Shown here: positions 48,403 through 59,635 of the stretch, piece after piece
Layout of the letters: each line of letters starts with the position of its first letter
How positions within the stretch are numbered: the first letter of the stretch is position 1
From: Schmidtea nova
Lineage: Eukaryota
DNA: 64,000 nt
Assembly: GCA_044892505.1 (NCBI GenBank)
Contig: CM097883.1
Location: 376,030,001 to 376,094,000 of the forward strand
Direction of reading: 5' to 3'
Made by a program: the position numbers and the translations under genes
Notes under the pieces: model-generated
Told to the model about the DNA's origin: nothing
Databases searched by the model: none
The model's input: only the letters and a program-made list of their open reading frames with translations

Positions 48403-51400
48403 TCACATCCCCCCTTTTTTAAAAATCTTTAACCACTCAATATTTCTCGTGACGGTACTTCCGTTTTCCAATTTTATTTCATAACTTCGATCATGAATCT
48501 TTTTAGTAATTACACCTGGACCCATGTATCTATTATCACCTTTATTTCGAACATTTACTTTGATCAACACGCAATCTCCAATTTGAAATTCACGATTTGT
48601 CGTCTGATTGATTTTTTCTTCTTCCAAATTTTCTGAGAACCATTCACTAAAAATCTTTTTCCCAAACACCATTTCAGCTGGAGTCTTTCTAATAGTTTTT
48701 TGAAACGTTGAATTCATCATAAACTGTACTTCGGGAAGAACATCTACCCATGATTTATGTCTTTTATCTTTGAGTGTTATCTGTATTGCATCTCTAATTG
48801 TACGGAATTGTCTCTCAATCTGTCCATTTGCTGAATGATGATATGGACTTGAATAATTAATTTCAATATTGTGGAATTCTGCAAAATCTTTCATTAGCTT
48901 TGATTCAAATGATTTACCTCTGTCACAGTTTATTATCCTTGGTGCACCAAACTTCATTATCCACTCTTCTTTCAGTAATCTTACCACTGTTTTTTCATCT
49001 TGCGATTTTACCGCATGTAGAGAAATAAACTTACTATGATGATCTATAATCCCAAGAATATATCTTTCTCCTCTCATTGCAAGTTGTAATGGACCACAAA
49101 AATCTACATAGATTGTTTCAAATAATTTCGAATCACTTTTACAAATTATTTCTTCTTTTGTTTTAGTTGTATCAACCTTTCTTTTCTGACAGTTTTCACA
49201 GGCTTGTACAACATCACGAATAGATTCCTCCAAATCTTTCATATGAAAATTGTTTGATACGTACATTTTTACTTTTTAAACACCCGCGTGACAGAGCTTT
49301 TTATGATATTCTATGATGAATTTGGACTTGTTTTCCTCTGGAATCCAAATTTTATTATTATTGGTCATAATCACTCCGTTGACATATTTAAAAAATGTTT
49401 TATCTGGCATCATACTTATATTTTCTTTTATATTTTCAATTTCTCTTGAGTTCTTCTGCCATTTATTTTCAATATTTTCAGTCATCAGTGTCAACAATCT
49501 TGTTTTTAATTTACCCATTTTAGGATTTTCATGAATCATTTGACATTGAACACATGTTTCACATTCTTTTCTAGATAGAGCGTCGGCATTATTGTGGTTA
49601 TCACCTTTCCTGTATTGAATCTCCATGTCCAGACCACTAAGATGGTTAATCCAAGTTTGAAATTGTGGAGTAATAGCTTTCTTTGTCTTCATCATAAAAG
49701 TAATGGCTTTGTGATCCGTTCTCAAAATAAACTTTTTACCATATAAATAGTGCTTAAAATGACCAGTAAAATAAAATATATATAGTAATTCCTTTCTTGT
49801 TATACAATAGCCTAATTCGTGTTTATTCATAGCTCGGGATCCATATGCGATTACTCTTTCTTTATTTTCATCTTTTTGAGACAGTACAGCACCGATGCGG
49901 TCAAAACTTGCATCTGTATCCAAAATGAATGGTTTAGAAAAATCTGGAAACTTCAATACAGGTGTAGACGTTAATTTCAGTTTTAAATTTTGAAATGAAG
50001 TTTCACACTCATCAGTCCACATAAGCTTCTTTTGTTTACTTCCACATAACGCTTCTAATACTTTGGAATCTTTAGTGTAATTTTCTATAAATCTGCGATA
50101 GTAATTTGCCAGGCCTAAAAATCCTCTCAAGCTTTTTACGCATTTAGGTCTTTCAAAATTTTTAATAGTTTCAATCTTGCTTTCATCCGTACGTATTCCA
50201 TTTTCACTAATGATATGACCCAAAAATTTTACTTCTTTCCTTTTGAATTGACACTTTGCTGGACTTATTTTAAGATTTGCTAATTTAATCTTTTGAAAAA
50301 CCTTTTCAATGGTGCTATAATGTTCATTCAATGTCTTTGAAAATATAAGGATGTCATCCAAATATACAATTGTTCCATTCCAATTTAATTCTCCAAGAAC
50401 CAAATTCATAAGTCTTTGAAATGTTGCTGGTGCGGCGGCTATTCCAAATGGCATTCTGTTAAAGTAATATTGCTTGCTTTTTGTCGAGAATGCTGTTTTT
50501 AATTTTGAAGCCTCGTCGAGTTCTACTTGATAATAAGCATTGCCTAAATCAATTGTCGAGAAAAATTTTGCTCCATCAAGAATATCTAATAATTCATCTG
50601 TATTTGGGATGGGAAAAATCGGTCTTTCTGTTACATTATTTAAAGCACGATAATCCAAACATATTCTTATATCACTGCTGTTTTTCTTTTTAACACATAC
50701 TAATGGAGAATTCCAGGGAGATGTACATTCTGATATAATGCCATATTTCAACATTTCTTGAATATTTTCTTCAATTTTCTCTATTAAATGAATCGGTTGT
50801 CGCCTTGGGTTTATTACAATCGGGCTACCTTTAGTAAGTATTTCATGCTTTAATAATTCGGTTTTCCCAACATCCCATTTATGTTTCATAAAAATGCCGT
50901 CAAATGTGGAAATTAGATTATTTATTATCTTATCTTCACTCATGTGTTTATTAAATGAATTTTCCATAATTGCATTTATTTCGTCTTCACATTTATTAAT
51001 TTGTAATTGCATTCCAAATCTTTCGAGAAAATCTATACCTCCTATTAACTTTGGGTTTATATCTTTGGCTACAACGAATTCTACTTTTTTAATTTCAGAC
51101 ATTTTATCAATTTTTACATTTAATAAAGTTTTACCGCAAATTTCAATCGGGCTTTCATTCGCACATCTTAATTTTAAATTACTTGTAGTCATACTCAAGT
51201 TTCCAAGTTTTTTAAAAATATTATAATCAATCACACTTATTTTAGCTCCAGTATCTAATAGACATACTAATTTTACATTATTAATCATCACGGTAACACT
51301 GGGCCTTCCTTGCATTTTATCGTATACTATTATATCATTCCGTTTATCACGATTAAAAACATTTATTTCATTAGAAGTTAGAGGGGGGTCTTTAAAAAGT

Positions 51401-51504
51401 TCATCCATACAAAATTTATCAATGTATATATTAGTATAATTTCTATAATCAAAAACACAAGCACAACAGTTATCATTCAAACTATCACAATCATTCAAAG
51501 TCAT
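48403..51504 (-). CDS. pol: Pol (PR-RT-RNase H-integrase) with a single in-frame stop at 49276-49278
   Basis: LLDTGA, YLDD, TDAS..RKELL, HAGV*KV..CENC, integrase D(YVDF)..D(CDRG)..E(IERQF); the two ORFs share a frame. Confidence 0.92.
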
Positions 51505-51533
51505 ACAATCCTTACTTACATCATTAATTACCT

Positions 51534-52562
51534 TTAATTTATTGCTCCGATCACCTCCTCGTGTGGTGGAGCATTCCCGTTTGGGTACTCAAAACCAGCT
51601 CCTGGATCCTCGTCACCGAATGCGGCCACTGATTTATGGAATTTTCGTCGTCTGTCTGGAAATAACTCATGGCACTGATGTTTGAAATGTCCTGATCTTT
51701 TACAATGGGTACATTGAATATTGGGGCATTCAGATCTTCTATGACCTTCTTCGTGGCACGCCCAACATCGTAAAATTTGATTTGTTCGGGCATGATCTCG
51801 TGAATGAAATTCCCTGGTATTATAAGGCTTACTTCTATTCACAGGTTTCCATCCATTTGAAATAGTATATCGATGTTCTCTTGTAAAATCTCCTTTAAAT
51901 CTTGGATTAGGCTGAGGTTCTCTTGAATATTCATTTTTTAAACTGGGATTAGCTTCTCGTTCTCTAATTGATCTGTTTTCATAGCCATATCTTGATAAAC
52001 TCTTCTTAACAGCATCAGCATATCGTTGGGTTTTATTCATTGAAGCTACATCAGCATGAAATACATTAATTTCTTTTGAAACCTGATCGTGTTTCTTTAA
52101 TCTTTCTTTCATTTCATCAAATGATTTTAAATCTTGCATTTTCAGATCTTTTTTAACTTCTTTATCTTCAAGCGAATTGAATAGTAAAAATTTCTTTAGT
52201 TCTTCTTCATCAAGTTTATGCTTCAAAATATTTTTTGCAAGTTTCTCAATTTTTGAGCAGAATTCTTCGGCTGCATCATTTCCTTGACGATAGTTTAGTG
52301 CTTCGTTGAGATCATCGATAAGACTTTTGTTCTTAGCAAAAGCGTTTCTTAATCTTTCTGTATAATGCAGAGTTTCATTTGTCAACTCATATTTCTTCGT
52401 TGCATTGATTGATAGAAAAGCTTTGACGAATTTGCTTCTGTATTCATCGACAATATTTGTCATCTCGAAGAATCGTTCCGTTTCTAAGATGAAATCTTCC
52501 ACGTCTGAATCCATGTCATATGTTTCTGGTGGTTTGATAAAATTTGCAATCGTGGTCGCCAT
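51534..52562 (-). CDS. gag: Gag with two CCHC knuckles
   Basis: CWACHEEGHRRSEC, CTHCKRSGHFKHQC; likely start ATG at 52562. Confidence 0.9.
   Translation of the reverse strand: MATTIANFIKPPETYDMDSDVEDFILETERFFEMTNIVDEYRSKFVKAFLSINATKKYELTNETLHYTERLRNAFAKNKSLIDDLNEALNYRQGNDAAEEFCSKIEKLAKNILKHKLDEEELKKFLLFNSLEDKEVKKDLKMQDLKSFDEMKERLKKHDQVSKEINVFHADVASMNKTQRYADAVKKSLSRYGYENRSIREREANPSLKNEYSREPQPNPRFKGDFTREHRYTISNGWKPVNRSKPYNTREFHSRDHARTNQILRCWACHEEGHRRSECPNIQCTHCKRSGHFKHQCHELFPDRRRKFHKSVAAFGDEDPGAGFEYPNGNAPPHEEVIGAIN
51543..51585 (-). promoter_or_regulatory. Putative -1 ribosomal frameshift signal
   Basis: C CCA AAC in the gag frame, 5-nt spacer, stem TGCTCC...GGAGCA; the -1 frame is open from there into pol. 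Confidence 0.7.
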
Positions 52563-52816
52563 ATTAGCCACAGCACTACGGGTATTAATTGAATCCATAA
52601 GACAAATTATAATATAACGTTTATTAATTTAAAATCCAATATTATTAAAACAAATTATAACGTTAATTTGTTTGAGGAGTTTCTAAAAATATAATTAATG
52701 TATAAGTAAGGATTTCAACATACAATCAAACATGCACAGCATCATACCATTATATTTTAATACAAATTACAAAAACGCCTCACAATTATTATTATTATTA
52801 TTATTATTAATATTAT

Positions 52817-53018
52817 TATTATTATTATCAATAATTCTCATAATGACTATAGATCAAAATTTTTTTTTTATAAACAATAACACAATATTTCGGCACAGCC
52901 TTTATCAAGTGTTATCAAATACACACTTGATAAAGGCTGTGCCGAAATATTGTGTTATTGTTTATAAAAAAAAAATTTTGATCTATAGTCATTATGAGAA
53001 TTATTGATAATAATAATA
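52817..53018. repeat. Perfect inverted repeat (96-bp arms, 10-nt loop) of a Penelope-like terminus
   Basis: 52817-52912 is the reverse complement of 52923-53018. Confidence 0.9.
52923..52955 (+). ncRNA. Minimal type I hammerhead ribozyme motif, U3-A8 variant (mirror copy 52880-52912, minus)
   Basis: ACAC-UUGAUAA-A-GGC-UGU-GCC-GAAA-UAU-U-GUGU. Confidence 0.55.
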
Positions 53019-53222
53019 AAAAAAGATCAAAGGTGAAANNNNNNNNNNNNNNNNNNNNNNNNNNNNNNNNNNNNNNNNNNNNNNNNNNNNNNNNNNNNNN
53101 NNNNNNNNNNNNNNNNNNNNNNNNNNNNNNNNNNNNNNNNNNNNNNNNNNNNNNNNNNNNNNNNNNNNNNNNNNNNNNNNNNNNNNNNNNNNNNNNNNNN
53201 NNNNNNNNNNNNNNNNNNNNNA

Positions 53223-53891
53223 TTCATATAAATAAGAGAACACCATTTTTTTAATATATTAATGCATTATATTTCAACAGCTTATCTGTCATCATCAGGC
53301 TTTCACAATCTCAATAAAATAAAAATTGATCTTAATTATACGCTTAATAGTGATTACATAATTACATGTGTATAATCCAATAAAACTTTTATTTGCCCTA
53401 ATAAAATTAATTAAAAACTCTCAAAATGCATGTAGATATTGATAAGACTTTTGTTCTTAGCAAAAGCGTTTCTTAATCTTTCTGTATAATGCAGAGTTTC
53501 ATTTGTCAACTCATATTTCTTCGTTGCATTGATTGATAGAAAAGCTTTGACGAATTTGCTTCTGTATTCATCGACAATATTTGTCATCTCGAAGAATCGT
53601 TCCGTTTCTAAGATGAAATCTTCCACGTCTGAATCCATGTCATATGTTTCTGGTGGTTTGATAAAATTTGCAATCGTGGTCGCCATATTAGCCACAGCAC
53701 TACGGGTATTAATTGAATCCATAAGACAAATTATAATATAACGTTTATTAATTTAAAATCCAATATTATTAAAACAAATTATAACGTTAATTTGTTTGAG
53801 GAGTTTCTAAAAATATAATTAATGTATAAGTAAGGATTTCAACATACAATCAAACATGCACAGCATCATACCATTATATTTTAATACAAAT
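53223..53891. repeat. Gap-flanked duplicate of a Penelope pLTR (54074-54295) joined to Gypsy 5' gag/LTR (52320-52766)
   Basis: Near-identical copies bounded by N gaps. Confidence 0.8.
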
Positions 53892-54258
53892 NNNNNNNNN
53901 NNNNNNNNNNNNNNNNNNNNNNNNNNNNNNNNNNNNNNNNNNNNNNNNNNNNNNNNNNNNNNNNNNNNNNNNNNNNNNNNNNNNNNNNNNNNNNNNNNNN
54001 NNNNNNNNNNNNNNNNNNNNNNNNNNNNNNNNNNNNNNNNNNNNNNNNNNNNNNNNNNNNNNNNNNNNNNNNNATTCATATAAATAAGAGAACACCATTT
54101 TTTTAATATATTAATGCATTATATTTCAACAGCTTATCTGTCATCATCAGGCTTTCACAATCTCAATAAAATAAAAATTGATCTTAATTATACGCTTAAT
54201 AGTGATTACATAATTACATGTGTATAATCCAATAAAACTTTTATTTGCCCTAATAAAA

Positions 54259-54786
54259 TTAATTAAAAACTCTCAAAATGCATGTAGATATTGCATTTTG
54301 TATATTTATTTTTGGATTAAATGATTTTATCATCAAAGCCTCACAATTCACACGTTCATAATAATTTTTAAAACCCCTAGAAAGTATTTTGAAATTAGAA
54401 ATATCAATGCTCTTCTTGCAAGTCTTATTATGCTCAATAATGTTACTCTTTCCGCTCTTTCTGGCATGTTCTTGAACTCGTGTACAGAGATGACGGGCAG
54501 TCTCTCCAATGTATGTGGCATTACACCCATTACAAGTAAAACGAAATACGAGATCAGAACACAGACCAAATGGCGTCACAGATTTATTACTGAACATGTC
54601 CCGAACTTTGCAAGACTTAGAAATTATTTTAACATTAGTATTTCCAATATATTTTATAATAGATTTTTTTAAATTTACAAATCCCTCAGAAAACGGTAAA
54701 ACTATAACAGAACCAATGCAATCATTCAAGTTACTTTTATTTATTTCATTATTATTATTACAATCAACACCATCATTCATTCCCAT
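54259..54786 (-). CDS. Penelope GIY-YIG endonuclease region
   Basis: LVFRFTCNGCNATYIGETARHLCTRVQEH..H..FKIL..EALMIKSFNPKIN. Confidence 0.88.
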   Translation of the reverse strand: MGMNDGVDCNNNNEINKSNLNDCIGSVIVLPFSEGFVNLKKSIIKYIGNTNVKIISKSCKVRDMFSNKSVTPFGLCSDLVFRFTCNGCNATYIGETARHLCTRVQEHARKSGKSNIIEHNKTCKKSIDISNFKILSRGFKNYYERVNCEALMIKSFNPKINIQNAISTCILRVFN

Positions 54787-54907
54787 TTTGAGAGTGTTTA
54801 ATTAATTTTATTAGGGCAAATAAAGTTTTATTGGATTATACACATGTAATTATGTAATCACTATTAAGCGTATAATTAAGATCAATTTTTATTTTATTGA
54901 GATTGTG

Positions 54908-54950
54908 AAAGCCTGATGATGACAGCTAAGCTGTTGAAATATATTGCATT
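54908..54950 (+). ncRNA. Minimal hammerhead motif in the pLTR (copies on the minus strand at ~54113-54155 and ~53260-53300)
   Basis: AAAGC-CUGAUGA-U-GACAGC-UAA-GCUGUU-GAAA-UAUAU-U-GCAUU, palindromic stem III. Confidence 0.6.
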
Positions 54951-54976
54951 AATATATTTAAAAAAATGGTGTTCTC

Positions 54977-55024
<48 letters not shown>

Positions 55025-55079
55025 TATCAAATAATCAATAACTAACAAAATAATCCTTTGCTGAAAAATTTTTTATTAA

Positions 55080-55450
55080 GTGAAAATTTTAGATTATAAA
55101 AATAGTTTTTATCATTCTCGAAATATTCTCAAATTTGATATCCGAAAGAATGATTTCCGTAATTATTTAGAAATTATAATAAGCAATGGCAACCAGGAAT
55201 TTAGTAAAATGACAGAAAACATTTCAAAGGTTAAAAATATTTTATATACGGTTGCCGTTAGCAGTGCTGAAGAAGAACGAGGATTTATATCATAATCACT
55301 GATATAAAAGACAGATTAACCACCAAGAACTAATTAAATTTGATGACTTTGGACCTAATTGATCACTGACAGAAAATTTATAATGCAATTTCCAATTCAA
55401 AAATATTGGCTGAGGAACCATAACTCTGCTGATGATAACAACTTAAAAAA
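55080..55450 (+). mobile_element. hAT transposase C-terminal (dimerisation domain) remnant
   Basis: TVAVSSAEEERGF motif. Confidence 0.65.
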
Positions 55451-55945
55451 ATCTAAACCCAAGAATATTGGTCGTGCTTAGCTGCGACCATAGTAAAATT
55501 AAATTAAAATATATTTTAATTAGTAAGAGTTGATGGGATCTTGTTTATTATGAGGTATTTAGAGACAAGTGAATTTTTTAAAAATAATTAAATTAAATGG
55601 AATTTTGATTAAGAATTGAAAGACAATGTTTAGAGATAATTTTTGTTTGGTCTAGCCAGTTTAATGAATTTGGGGCATGTTTTGTTTGGTGAATTTAAAA
55701 GTGATTTGATAAATTAATAAAACTTGAAATTAATTTGAAATTTTTAAATGAATTTTGAACGAGTTTAAGTTGCAAAAAAGAACTACGAAGGAATACTTCT
55801 TGGCGTTGGCCATCCATCTATAAATTCGAATGAAGGATATGGATAATATGGAAAACTTAGGAATTCTTCCGATATCCTTTTTAATTGAAAAACAAATGAA
55901 ATTTAGACAGAATTTCTAATTTTATCAGACATAGAAACGATTTAT

Positions 55946-56590
55946 TTGAAATATGTTCATGATAGCATTAATATTAAATGTTTTGATGTAAATTCAGCTA
56001 TCAATAAAATAATAATGAAGTCATCTCAATTCGTACTTCCAAAAATTCTAAGCAAACGAACGATTAACAATGAACGGGTTAATTTCAGAGGAAATGAAAG
56101 CAGTAACAGTGGAGCCGAAACCAGTGATGCTGACGATAAAACATCTTATATTGAAACGTTGCGATGTTCTTTGAGTTCTTCTGGAATTAATAAGTTATCG
56201 GCTTACTTGAATCATGTGAAAAGTTTTCATGGCCCTGAATCATTGGAATGTATGACTTATCACCTGTTTCTTTCATTTGACAATTTTCAACGGCATGCCT
56301 CAAAATGCAAAGGTATGCACTCGAGCGATTATTGTGGAGCGAAATTTGTTCTGAGAACTTGTGGACAGATTGTGTTATCTATTAATATTTTGAAACAATT
56401 TAAATTGATTCATACATATTTAGGTACTACCCATTCATGCGTTGAAGTGTTTCAACATGGCAAAGTGGAAATTATTTCCAACGATCAAGGAAATCTTACA
56501 ACACCAAGTTATGAAGCATTTACTAATACAGAACGAACTTTGGCTATTTTTTTGGGCCTGAGTGCGCGTAGTTGGTATAATTACTATTAG
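55946..56590 (+). CDS. Chimeric ORF: unknown segment + degenerate zinc-finger-like segment + HSP70 N-terminal fragment
   Basis: [24 protein letters not shown]; [40 protein letters not shown] (56408-56538) vs HSP70 [40 protein letters not shown]. Confidence 0.8.
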   Translation: MKYVHDSINIKCFDVNSAINKIIMKSSQFVLPKILSKRTINNERVNFRGNESSNSGAETSDADDKTSYIETLRCSLSSSGINKLSAYLNHVKSFHGPESLECMTYHLFLSFDNFQRHASKCKGMHSSDYCGAKFVLRTCGQIVLSINILKQFKLIHTYLGTTHSCVEVFQHGKVEIISNDQGNLTTPSYEAFTNTERTLAIFLGLSARSWYNYY

Positions 56591-56734
56591 CGCCTGTGCT
56601 CATGGATTAATAATCTTTATCAGCGTCTGTGTGCGCTGCAATTGCTAAATATCTGGTAAGCGTCTGTGTGCGCATTTTTGTCTTATAATTGTCGCGTCGG
56701 TATGGGTTTTATCCTGTACGCGTCTGTGTGTGCG
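56590..56734 (+). promoter_or_regulatory. GCGTCTGTGTGCG motif array (about 5 copies)
   Basis: Copies at 56590, 56623, 56660, 56694 (GCGTCGGTATGGG variant), 56720. Confidence 0.6.
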
Positions 56735-57012
56735 ATTTGTAATTTGGGTGATTTTTTGGCGAATAATGAATGAAATTATTCTTGAATTGTTTTCTAAGAT
56801 ATTCTAGAATTGTTTTAATAATCCAATTGGTAATTGGATTATTTGGGATCTTTTAAAATTTGGATTAAATTGATTTTCTAAATTGATTTCTAGATTAATT
56901 TTGAATTGTTTTATTTTAATTTGAGATTTTAAATTTTTGAATAGATTTCTTCAATTATTTGATAAAATTGAATGGTTATTGGTAATTACATTGGAAAGTA
57001 GTTTTTTGCTAA

Positions 57013-57946
57013 TTGAATATTACAAATATCGATCTGATGGAGAAGAATTCGAATCACAATTATTTCGTTCTATTTGAAAGTGTGTTTAATGCAATGAATT
57101 CATGCCTTATTCCCATCGAAAATATATTTATCAACACGTTTATTGAAGTCTTGAAGGATTATATCAGAAAAATATTGGCTTTATATAATACTGAATATGA
57201 TGTAAATGTTTTGGAGAAGATTTTTGACAAGAAAACATCAATAATTGAAAAAAGAGTCATTCCGAGTGTTTCCACAGACATTTAAAAATGGAAATCTCAA
57301 TTCCGTTCTGTCTAGTGAATTCTTTCATATAATTATTTTCGATACGCGAGTTGAATCAATTTTTGATATTGTGATGGATTATCCTGATTCGGTTGCTGCT
57401 ATCAATGACCTGAGGCAATGTATTCTAGTGTTAGACAATGTGATGATCATGTGCAATAAATTGAAATCTGAGATTAATTTGAGACTGCTACACCCAGCAG
57501 TCGCTACCCCTGATTTGATTTCTGGGTATATTTGCATCATCAAATCATTAAGATTACTCGACCCAACATATGTATTTGAGGAAATCGTCACTCCTGATAT
57601 TCGAAGTTATTTATTGAAACGTGAAGATACAATCAAATCAATATTAGACAAAAGTTTGACGGTTGACGAAGAAAATGACAATTGCATTTATCATGAATTA
57701 GTCCAGCCAACTCCCATTACGATTGTCCCTCAAGGTGGACTAACTGAAAGTGGTAGTGATTATTATCCATTATTCGTACGACATTGGCCAATTGCTAATG
57801 GATTCCAGCAGCAGCATGATAACAGACAGTACAACGATAATGTAAAAGTTATTGACAATAAATATCTTGATTTCGTGTTGAGTTGTCAGAACAATATATG
57901 CATACGATATAACAAATGTTCAATCTTTGCACGCAATTTATTTTGA
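57013..57946 (+). pseudogene. ANAPC2: Intronless ANAPC2 internal fragment with a frameshift and unrelated 3' tail
   Basis: RVESIFDIVMDYPDSVAAINDLRQC..RLLHPAVATPDLISGYICIIKSLRLLDPT..IRSYLLKREDTI. Confidence 0.85.
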
Positions 57947-58559
57947 TCAATCCAATTTTTAATACAATCATTTGGACCATGATATCAAAATACTTTCTTC
58001 TTCATGCTGGGCTGGCAAAATCGAAAAATAAATCTTGTTTAAATTTATCAAAAATTAAATATATACAAAAAAGGAACAAGTTTAAAAACGCATGATAAAC
58101 GTTAAGCAGTAAAATAATGCAAAAGAAAATAAAACAGTAAAGTGCAATAGTAGTCATACGAACCGCATTCTATGAATCGGTTGAGATAGGGTGAAACGAT
58201 AGAAAAGAGGCATCTGAAAAGAGTACACAACTTGAGGGCAGGTCGTATTTACATACGAAGGACCTGAGAATCTGAGAACACAATCTGACTCACATTTAGC
58301 ACAATATTCTGAAAACCACATTTAAAAATACTAAAACATTTTCTCAAGTTTAATAATTTTTACTGTGAATCACTTTTGCATTTTAATAGGGAAAATATAT
58401 TCCTAATACACTATTCAGTACAAACTTGCAAGTAAAACGGATTAGTTTTGATAAATAATATTCCTCCAATTAATGATAATTTTTTATCTTTCTCCATATC
58501 TTCTCTGATTCCAACATTTTTCTTAGCACTCTTTGATGTATTAATTGGATATTTTATTT

Positions 58560-59635
58560 CAAAGACAATCACTTAGTTTCATTTTATTTTTTATTTTTTA
58601 TATATTTCTAAGTGGGTGATATACCTTCATGAGTCTTTTGAATATATGATGAGAAGATTGATTTATCGATTGTGGTGTTTATCTTCTGCATTCAAAAATT
58701 CTGTTAAAGGTTTTGATAAATTGGTGAACTGTTAATGAAGAATGGTTATTCAAAATAGTTTGTGTTGATGATGACATGAGAAACGATTGATAAATGTACC
58801 AATAATCTTAAGAATCCTTGTATATGTGTATGTAAATTAGTTTGTAATTCAAATGATATGGTAAATAGCAGTTTTGAGTCTTTCAAACGAGAAGAGCCTA
58901 AATCTACGACTATATTACCGTATTCATATGGGTTTAAAAAGTATAAAAAATACAGGTAAGTATTTAAGTAGTTTAAACTTTAAGATTGTCTCCAATTCGT
59001 GCAAAGTAAAAGTATATTTGTTAATATTTTGAAAACTCCGGTTGGACTGTTTTCAGATCTTGTTTATCAATTTACTTGTAATGGATGTAATGCAACATAG
59101 ATTGGAGAGATTGTCCGTCATCTCTGTACTGGAGTTCTTGTTGTCTACAGAAGGGAGTGTTTAATATTAGTGAAAATTAAAGAGAAAATTAAAAATGTTT
59201 GATTTTAAAAATTTATCGAAAAATCTTAATAATCAGTATGAACGTATCATATATGAAACACTGATGAAAAGTACTTTGAATCCAAAACATTAATGTGCAG
59301 AATGTGATGAACACATGTATTTTGAATATTTTTAAAAAGTTGCGATGTTACCATGCGTGTGTAGATTTATTGAATGATAAAATTAGTTTTGCTAAAACTA
59401 AACTATTTTGAAAAAAATAATTTTTAAAATTTTAATATTTAAAACTTTTGTTAATAATTAAAATTTTGTAAATGATTTTAATAAAATTTAATTTTTATGT
59501 TGATTTTTAAATAAAAAATATATTTTTATTAAAATAATATTTAAAATTTATATTCTATTCGTATAAATTGAAATAACAGTTTGTTTCTGTGTGGCTATTA
59601 CCTGAAGATCATATGGAGTCGTCGAAATATAGTAG
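58560..59635 (+). mobile_element. Highly decayed Penelope-like fragment
   Basis: PVGLFSDLVYQFTCNGCNAT*IGEIVRHLCT at 59040-59150; degenerate CUGAAGA..GAAA at ~59602. Confidence 0.7.

Larger units (their letters stand above)
48187..52784 (-). mobile_element. Near-intact compact Ty3/Gypsy element (4.6 kb) with apparently identical 221-bp LTRs
   Basis: LTRs 52564-52784 and 48187-48407; PBS TGGCGACCACGA (tRNA-Arg-TCG type) ending at 52561; PPT AAAAAAGGGGGGA 48408-48420; TSD ATTA inside (ATT)n. Confidence 0.95.
54074..54983 (-). mobile_element. 5'-truncated Penelope-like element with inverted pseudo-LTRs
   Basis: GIY-YIG ORF; 54080-54280 is inverted at 54785-54983; ends in (ATT)n. Confidence 0.88.

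Noticed and set aside
53223-53891. Penelope-Gypsy chimeric element
   Set aside because: Bounded by N gaps and nearly identical to adjacent sequence; an assembly or haplotype duplication is more parsimonious until reads confirm it
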